DNA of 20,000 nucleotides, taken from positions 46,712-66,711 of IMG/VR virus record IMGVR_UViG_2925597055_000005, one strand, 5' to 3'. Position numbers and translations under genes: made by a program. Below, piece after piece: positions 15,734 through 20,000 of the stretch (position 1 is the first letter of the stretch; each line of letters starts with the position of its first letter). The notes beneath the pieces are model-generated. The model saw only the letters and a program-made list of their open reading frames with translations, was not told the origin of the DNA and ran no database searches. This DNA comes from an uncultured virus (IMG/VR IMGVR_UViG_2925597055_000005) (Duplodnaviria; Heunggongvirae; Uroviricota; Caudoviricetes).

Positions 15734-16102
15734 TTAAAACCATGTATTATCTACGCCTTCATTGCGATCGGCTCTTTGCTGTTCGGCTGCCAGACCGCTC
15801 ACCGCCCGCTGTAAATTTCGTCCCATGTACGTCTGCATAAATCCGAAGCTCAAGCCCGGATATTCAAGCGACGGTTTATATTCCGCGAAGCACAGATCGA
15901 TGAATCGCTTCGTTATCTCCGGCCCATATGCGCCCGGCTTTTGTTTCGTACCGACCCAACGTCCGAGCATGCCAGCTTCGGCTTGGTAGCCGCGAAAAGG
16001 TGCGTAAGGGACGTCGTAGAGCCTTTCGTGCTCCGCTTTCAAATACGCTTGGAAATCGCGCGTATTCCACTTGGCGACCGGCTTCGTTTCATACGTCGTC
16101 AT
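15734..16102 (-). CDS. hypothetical protein, possibly resembling the C-terminal domain of phage replication initiators
   Basis: ATG 16102 behind AAGGAGTG with ATGA overlap; ITKRFIDLCFAEYKPSLEYPGLSFGFM. Function is inferred. Confidence 0.6.
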   Translation of the reverse strand: MTTYETKPVAKWNTRDFQAYLKAEHERLYDVPYAPFRGYQAEAGMLGRWVGTKQKPGAYGPEITKRFIDLCFAEYKPSLEYPGLSFGFMQTYMGRNLQRAVSGLAAEQQRADRNEGVDNTWF

Positions 16103-16464
16103 CGCGCGTTCACTCCTTCGATTTTGATTCCGAGTAAATTGAGCGTATTGATAACGCCTTCCCTTTCGCATTCAAGGCTGAACGTAACGCCTCGGGATTG
16201 TGCGTCCCGTTGCTTTTCCTGAAGTTCGGCGAAATACTCGCGCACCCGGTCTTCCGGCGTCGCTTCGACTGCGTATCCGTTGATCAATGCGGCTGCAAGC
16301 GTCATAATATTCATGTCTGCGATCGGACCAAATTCCGGAGAGTCCGGTTCCCCACCGAAATATACATCGGCATATTCGAACAAAAACCACTCATCTGATA
16401 CTGCGTCGAGGCTTCGTAAAAATTCGATAGCCTCCGCCTGCTCCTTCGTGATTGTCGGTTTCAT
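16099..16464 (-). CDS. hypothetical phage protein (DUF1642-like)
   Basis: TITKEQAEAIE...LAAALINGYAVE; AAGGAGG RBS. Confidence 0.7.
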   Translation of the reverse strand: MKPTITKEQAEAIEFLRSLDAVSDEWFLFEYADVYFGGEPDSPEFGPIADMNIMTLAAALINGYAVEATPEDRVREYFAELQEKQRDAQSRGVTFSLECEREGVINTLNLLGIKIEGVNAR

Positions 16465-16676
16465 CTTAGCGCCTCCTTTGCGATTCTATTGATTTCCCTA
16501 AGAACGATATCTCCCGTAGAAATACTCGATACGGTCGCGATTGTACTAAGCGCAGGAACACAGCGCCGGAGTTCATTATTTCGCAGTTCAAGACGCGCGT
16601 TCTTCGCCTTCAACCGCTCATTCTCGCCAATCATATCCGCCACAGCACAGCGCAATCGTTTAACTTCTTCGGTCAC
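16461..16676 (-). CDS. small coiled-coil protein
   Basis: ENERLKAKNARLELRNNEL; GGAGG RBS, GTG start. Confidence 0.65.
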   Translation of the reverse strand: MTEEVKRLRCAVADMIGENERLKAKNARLELRNNELRRCVPALSTIATVSSISTGDIVLREINRIAKEALR

Positions 16677-16720
16677 TTTAGCGCCTCCATTCCGTGTATT
16701 TTCGCGTTTTACCGCTTACC

Positions 16721-17044
16721 CTACCAATCGCCCTCGACCGTCAGTAACGCCGCTATTCCCTCGCGAAACTCCCGTATTAATCGTGCTAATTCCGAAAGCG
16801 ATGTCGCATCCGAGTCACGCAGCCGCCGATTCATTACGTCGAGTACGGCGCGTTCGACCGTTGAGTGATACGCTACTTCGCGCCACTTTTCCTTCGGCGT
16901 CGGGTCGGCGTTCGGGTTCTCCGCAAGCTTCTTCGGCCAATTCGGCGACTTCGTCGGGTCGGTGAAATAGCGTTCATTTACGATGATGTTAAGCGTATCG
17001 GACGTTAGTTTGTAATCGGGTGAGATCGGGATTTCAATCGCCAT
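16721..17044 (-). CDS. hypothetical phage protein (DUF5405-like)
   Basis: YKLTSDTLNIIV...VAYHST...SDATSLSEL; AAGGAGG RBS. Confidence 0.7.
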   Translation of the reverse strand: MAIEIPISPDYKLTSDTLNIIVNERYFTDPTKSPNWPKKLAENPNADPTPKEKWREVAYHSTVERAVLDVMNRRLRDSDATSLSELARLIREFREGIAALLTVEGDW

Positions 17045-17198
17045 GGTTGGCGTCGCCTCCTTCGTTAATTAGCCGCCAAACTTTAGCGAGTAGTTCCGGA
17101 ACGGAAACCGACAATTCTTCTTTGACCAAAGCGCGAGTTTCCGGCTTGATATCGATTAAGGCTTCGAAAATTGTAGCGAGTTCATATTTCGTAAACAT
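17034..17198 (-). CDS. small hypothetical protein (54 aa)
   Basis: MFTKYELATIFEALIDIKPETRALVKEELSVSVPELLAKVWRLINEGGDANHGD; GGAAGGA RBS. Confidence 0.6.
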   Translation of the reverse strand: MFTKYELATIFEALIDIKPETRALVKEELSVSVPELLAKVWRLINEGGDANHGD

Positions 17199-17214
17199 AT
17201 CGCACATCCTTCCG

Positions 17215-17430
17215 TTTATTAATAAGACCTAGCAATCGTTCGCTTACGCTCACTCTTGCGGATGTTCCTAATCGCGATAGAATTATTATTTAATAAGTAT
17301 CTGCGCGAAAAGGTTTTAATTGAGCGCTATTATTTATCTAGTTATTAATGGCTCTAGTTAAAAGATGGTTCTAGTTAGTGTAAAGTCGAGCCGTGTATGG
17401 GTCCGCCGTGTATGGCTCGGCGTCACATGG
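17215..17430. repeat. putative replication origin: iteron-like repeats plus AT-rich tract
   Basis: GCCGTGTATGG at 17390 and 17405, with a degenerate copy at 17420 (15-bp period); CTAGTTA at 17338, 17354 and 17371; AT-rich 17280-17348; adjacent to the initiator gene. Confidence 0.65.
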
Positions 17431-17850
17431 CTACGTAAGCTCCTCCGTATCTCCATCGAATATTGCGAGCTGACTGATCGGCATGATCGTATATCTCGCG
17501 TTATCCCATCGCTGTGTCTTCGGGTCCCGCGCCTTCTGCTTAACGACTAACGGCCGCCCCTGCCATCGATACTCGCACAGCGCTTTGATTCGCCTGTTCG
17601 CCGCAGCTCGGCTGAGATTTAGCGCGCCGGCTATCTGATCCTGCGTCGGGTAACATTCGCCATTAGCGTTCATAAACGAAGACAGTACGCAAAGAGTCTG
17701 CCAACGCTCCGCCCCGATGTCCGCGATAAGACCTTTCTTGACGGCGTCGACGTACATCTTAACGAAGATCCGCGTTTCGGCCTTGCCGGACGTTATGTTG
17801 TATTCCGATTGAGATTCGACGGATACGAGCCGCTGGTGTTCGTCGGTCAT
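17431..17850 (-). CDS. phage replication initiator, N-terminal winged-HTH (HTH_36-like)
   Basis: LCVLSSFMNANGECYPTQDQIAGALNLSRAAANRRIKAL...NARYTI pattern. Confidence 0.8.
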   Translation of the reverse strand: MTDEHQRLVSVESQSEYNITSGKAETRIFVKMYVDAVKKGLIADIGAERWQTLCVLSSFMNANGECYPTQDQIAGALNLSRAAANRRIKALCEYRWQGRPLVVKQKARDPKTQRWDNARYTIMPISQLAIFDGDTEELT

Positions 17851-18806
17851 GCCACATCGACTCCTCTCTTCATTTTTATTTCCTCGGATTTTAGTTCCGA
17901 TAGAAATGAGTTTACTCGGAAAGCCAACTCAGTGTTTCCGCTTTTCAAAAGCGATGGAACAAACTCGCTAATATGCGTGAGGGTAACGTTAGGGTGTTCG
18001 AAACTACCTTCGGACTCTTTAGCAAAAATAATCGTAAGATGGTCCGTATGCCGAAGATACTTATCGAACGTTTTGCAAGCACGATTAAATGCAGTATTCT
18101 CACTTAGCTTAGCGTCGACCCACTCAGTTCCGTTAATAACGAAATCCGGGATGCAGTCATCGATTCGTTTTTGTTTCTCGACCGATCCGGGATGCAACGC
18201 ATTAAGAACTTCACCAACAAGCAACTCAAATTCGCGCCCCTTCGTTATATAGAAAGCTGCATAGGATTCGTTAACCAGTTCGTAGGGCAATCCCCATTCT
18301 CTGCACATTTTCTTTGCGCTATGATCGTAAAATTTACGCAAATAAGTTTCGACGTGCCAAAGCTTATTTGCGTAAATATACTCGCGTTTCAAACCATACG
18401 GAAACTTATCTCTAACGTAAGCATCCAGCGCTTCTTTTTCGATATCTTCAAGGACTTCTTTTCTGTATTCGCGAAACTTTGTATCCGAAATGTTGTACAA
18501 CTCTTTTACTTCTCCGGAGATAAATTTGTTCTCGGAGACTTTATAATTGCCGTCGATGAAGAAACATCTTTCAATTTCCAAACGAGAAGGTTCTGCGACT
18601 TGCTCGTAAAGCCCGTATGCAATTAGAGATTCTTTTACGCTGCCAAAAGCCCTCTCTAACCGCTTCCTAACAGTGCCGTAATTGTACTTAGTTGAGTTTA
18701 TTAACTCCTTTCCTAGATTAGTTACATCTATGCCATCATCTATTAAATTGTCTAGTAAAAGTAATGCGTTTTCTTGCTTTTGTGTAATATCCACCTTATT
18801 GTTCAC
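17847..18806 (-). CDS. AT-rich protein with a C-terminal PD-(D/E)XK nuclease domain
   Basis: KGREFELLV...CIPDFVI...WVDAKLS motif. The likely start is GTG 18794 behind GAGAGG. Confidence 0.7.
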   Translation of the reverse strand: MNNKVDITQKQENALLLLDNLIDDGIDVTNLGKELINSTKYNYGTVRKRLERAFGSVKESLIAYGLYEQVAEPSRLEIERCFFIDGNYKVSENKFISGEVKELYNISDTKFREYRKEVLEDIEKEALDAYVRDKFPYGLKREYIYANKLWHVETYLRKFYDHSAKKMCREWGLPYELVNESYAAFYITKGREFELLVGEVLNALHPGSVEKQKRIDDCIPDFVINGTEWVDAKLSENTAFNRACKTFDKYLRHTDHLTIIFAKESEGSFEHPNVTLTHISEFVPSLLKSGNTELAFRVNSFLSELKSEEIKMKRGVDVA

Positions 18807-18863
18807 CTCTCATTTGTAACTGCATATACAATCTCCAGAACGGACACTTTCTGCTAAATTTTT

Positions 18864-18902
18864 TTACAACCGATAATATGCACGCCAAATTAATACCGCG
18901 CA
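18864..18902 (-). promoter_or_regulatory. conserved motif copy 2, TGCGCGGT-N11-GTGCATAT-NN-TCG-NN-TGTAA
   Basis: Matches 8412-8450; lies right after the integrase terminator, at the head of the replication operon. Confidence 0.65.
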
Positions 18903-18911
18903 AAAATAGGC

Positions 18912-18942
18912 AAAAAAAAATAACCCGGCCTTGTGGCCGAGT
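18912..18942 (-). terminator. intrinsic terminator after the integrase
   Basis: Minus strand ACUCGGCC-ACAA-GGCCGGGU followed by UA and nine U. Confidence 0.8.
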
Positions 18943-20000
18943 CATCGTCTCCGAGTTTTTCGTTTCTTATTTTTATTTTCCTGTATCTGAAGTAACGGCG
19001 AATGCTTACTGTGCTCCTCTGTCAGCGCCTTTTTGGATAGGTGTGTATAGCGCATTACCATGCGGAGATCGCTATGTCCGAGTATCATCTGTAAATGCCG
19101 AATGTCTCCACCGTCTTCTAAAAACATCGTCGCGCCCGTATGTCGTATTAAATGGGGATGAACGCGCTTTTTGATGCCGGCCCTATCTGCGTAGTTATTC
19201 AGACGCTGCCTAAAGTTATTGGTCGTCATCTTCTCGCCGTAGTTTGCTAGAAAAACATATTCACTATCGAATTCTTCGTTTTCTCTTATAAGTTCGCGCA
19301 GCAGTCGAAGTGTTTTATCCTCTAATGGTACGAATCTTCCCCTTCGATTCTTTACGTCTTTCCCTTCGAGTATCAACGTTTTGGAGCCGAAATCAATACT
19401 CGACTCTTTAATCGACAACACTTCGCCTACCCGCATCATAGAGTCGATGAGGCAAGTCAGCGCAACATAATCTCTAAATTCAACGAAAGATCGCTGATCC
19501 ATCGCATTAAGAATCGCCCGCATTTCGTCAGGTGAAAGGATATTTATCGGACTCTCCGGGTTCGTGATTAACGTAACCTCTTCGAACGGATTATCGTCCG
19601 CATACGCCTCTTTAATCGCGAAACGAAAGAAAGTCCGTATGGTCTTAATATAATCGTTAACTGACCGCGGAGATAACCCCTGCGTCTTATGTTCGTCCAA
19701 TTTGAAATTATGGCCGTCGAACTTTATTTTATCGTTGATCAGCCACGATACGAACCCGCGCGCAAAGTCAACGTCAATATGGCGTATGTCTGCGGACACT
19801 CCGATCTCCTCCGCGTACTTCGTTAGATACCGACAAGCACGCAGGTACTTATCGATCGTTTCCTGAACGACATTCTCAGCGCGCTTGGCATCGCACAGTC
19901 TATCGAATATGTATTCGAGATCGTATGCACCTTTTCGCGTTGTCTTTACCGAGGCCCTTCCGGCCTTCACACGCTTACCTTTTCGATTTTCTGAATGCAT
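18942..20000 (-). CDS. int: tyrosine recombinase / phage integrase
   Basis: Catalytic set intact: MMRVGE, VKNRR, HPHLIRHT, LGHS, MRYTH. ATG sits at the window edge, so the start context is not visible. Confidence 0.92.
   Translation of the reverse strand: MHSENRKGKRVKAGRASVKTTRKGAYDLEYIFDRLCDAKRAENVVQETIDKYLRACRYLTKYAEEIGVSADIRHIDVDFARGFVSWLINDKIKFDGHNFKLDEHKTQGLSPRSVNDYIKTIRTFFRFAIKEAYADDNPFEEVTLITNPESPINILSPDEMRAILNAMDQRSFVEFRDYVALTCLIDSMMRVGEVLSIKESSIDFGSKTLILEGKDVKNRRGRFVPLEDKTLRLLRELIRENEEFDSEYVFLANYGEKMTTNNFRQRLNNYADRAGIKKRVHPHLIRHTGATMFLEDGGDIRHLQMILGHSDLRMVMRYTHLSKKALTEEHSKHSPLLQIQENKNKKRKTRRR

Noticed and set aside
16466..16688. TTAGCGCCTCC repeated at 16466 and 16678
   Set aside because: Both copies are the GGAGG RBS of consecutive genes, so the repeat is explained by translation signals.
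17338..17430. Short repeats as a CRISPR array, given the Cas4-like gene
   Set aside because: Repeats are 7-12 bp with a 15-17 bp period and no spacers; they fit iterons.
17338..17433. Amber-codon reassignment explaining the in-frame TAGs after the initiator
   Set aside because: TAG serves as a normal stop elsewhere in the window (aimP, primase, helicase, loader).
66..19174. Numerous plus-strand ORFs other than 10075-10320
   Set aside because: Antisense shadows of well-supported minus-strand genes, with no recognisable motifs.
18942..20000. Integrase as a catalytically dead repressor like the SPbeta integrase-like regulators
   Set aside because: The R-K-H-R-H-Y catalytic residues are all present. 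The att site is not visible in the window.

Overview
This window is the early, replication and regulatory half of a temperate Bacillus (subtilis-group-like) phage or prophage. Almost all genes are on the minus strand. In transcription order (right to left): tyrosine integrase and terminator; an AT-rich PD-(D/E)XK nuclease; a short HTH replication initiator followed by an iteron/AT-rich putative origin; small phage ORFs; DnaC-like loader; DnaB-like helicase; TOPRIM primase; an AT-rich regulatory island; a putative RNase/coiled-coil gene; SSB; PD-(D/E)XK endonuclease; family A DNA polymerase; Cas4/RecB-like exonuclease; and a RuvC-like resolvase cut by the window edge. The island carries an arbitrium-type peptide communication system: a divergent XRE regulator, aimR (408 aa), and an aimP missed by the ORF track (8629-8760, 43 aa, predicted mature peptide DIRVGA) with a terminator. 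A sigma-70-like gene occupies the position where aimX would be expected. Non-coding signals seen: a 39-bp motif shared by the sigma gene and the start of the replication operon, a long hairpin with an antisense sigA promoter and LexA-like boxes, a G-U-rich structured leader before ssb, and a Spo0A-box cluster before primase. Protein assignments come from motif recognition and memory, not database searches.
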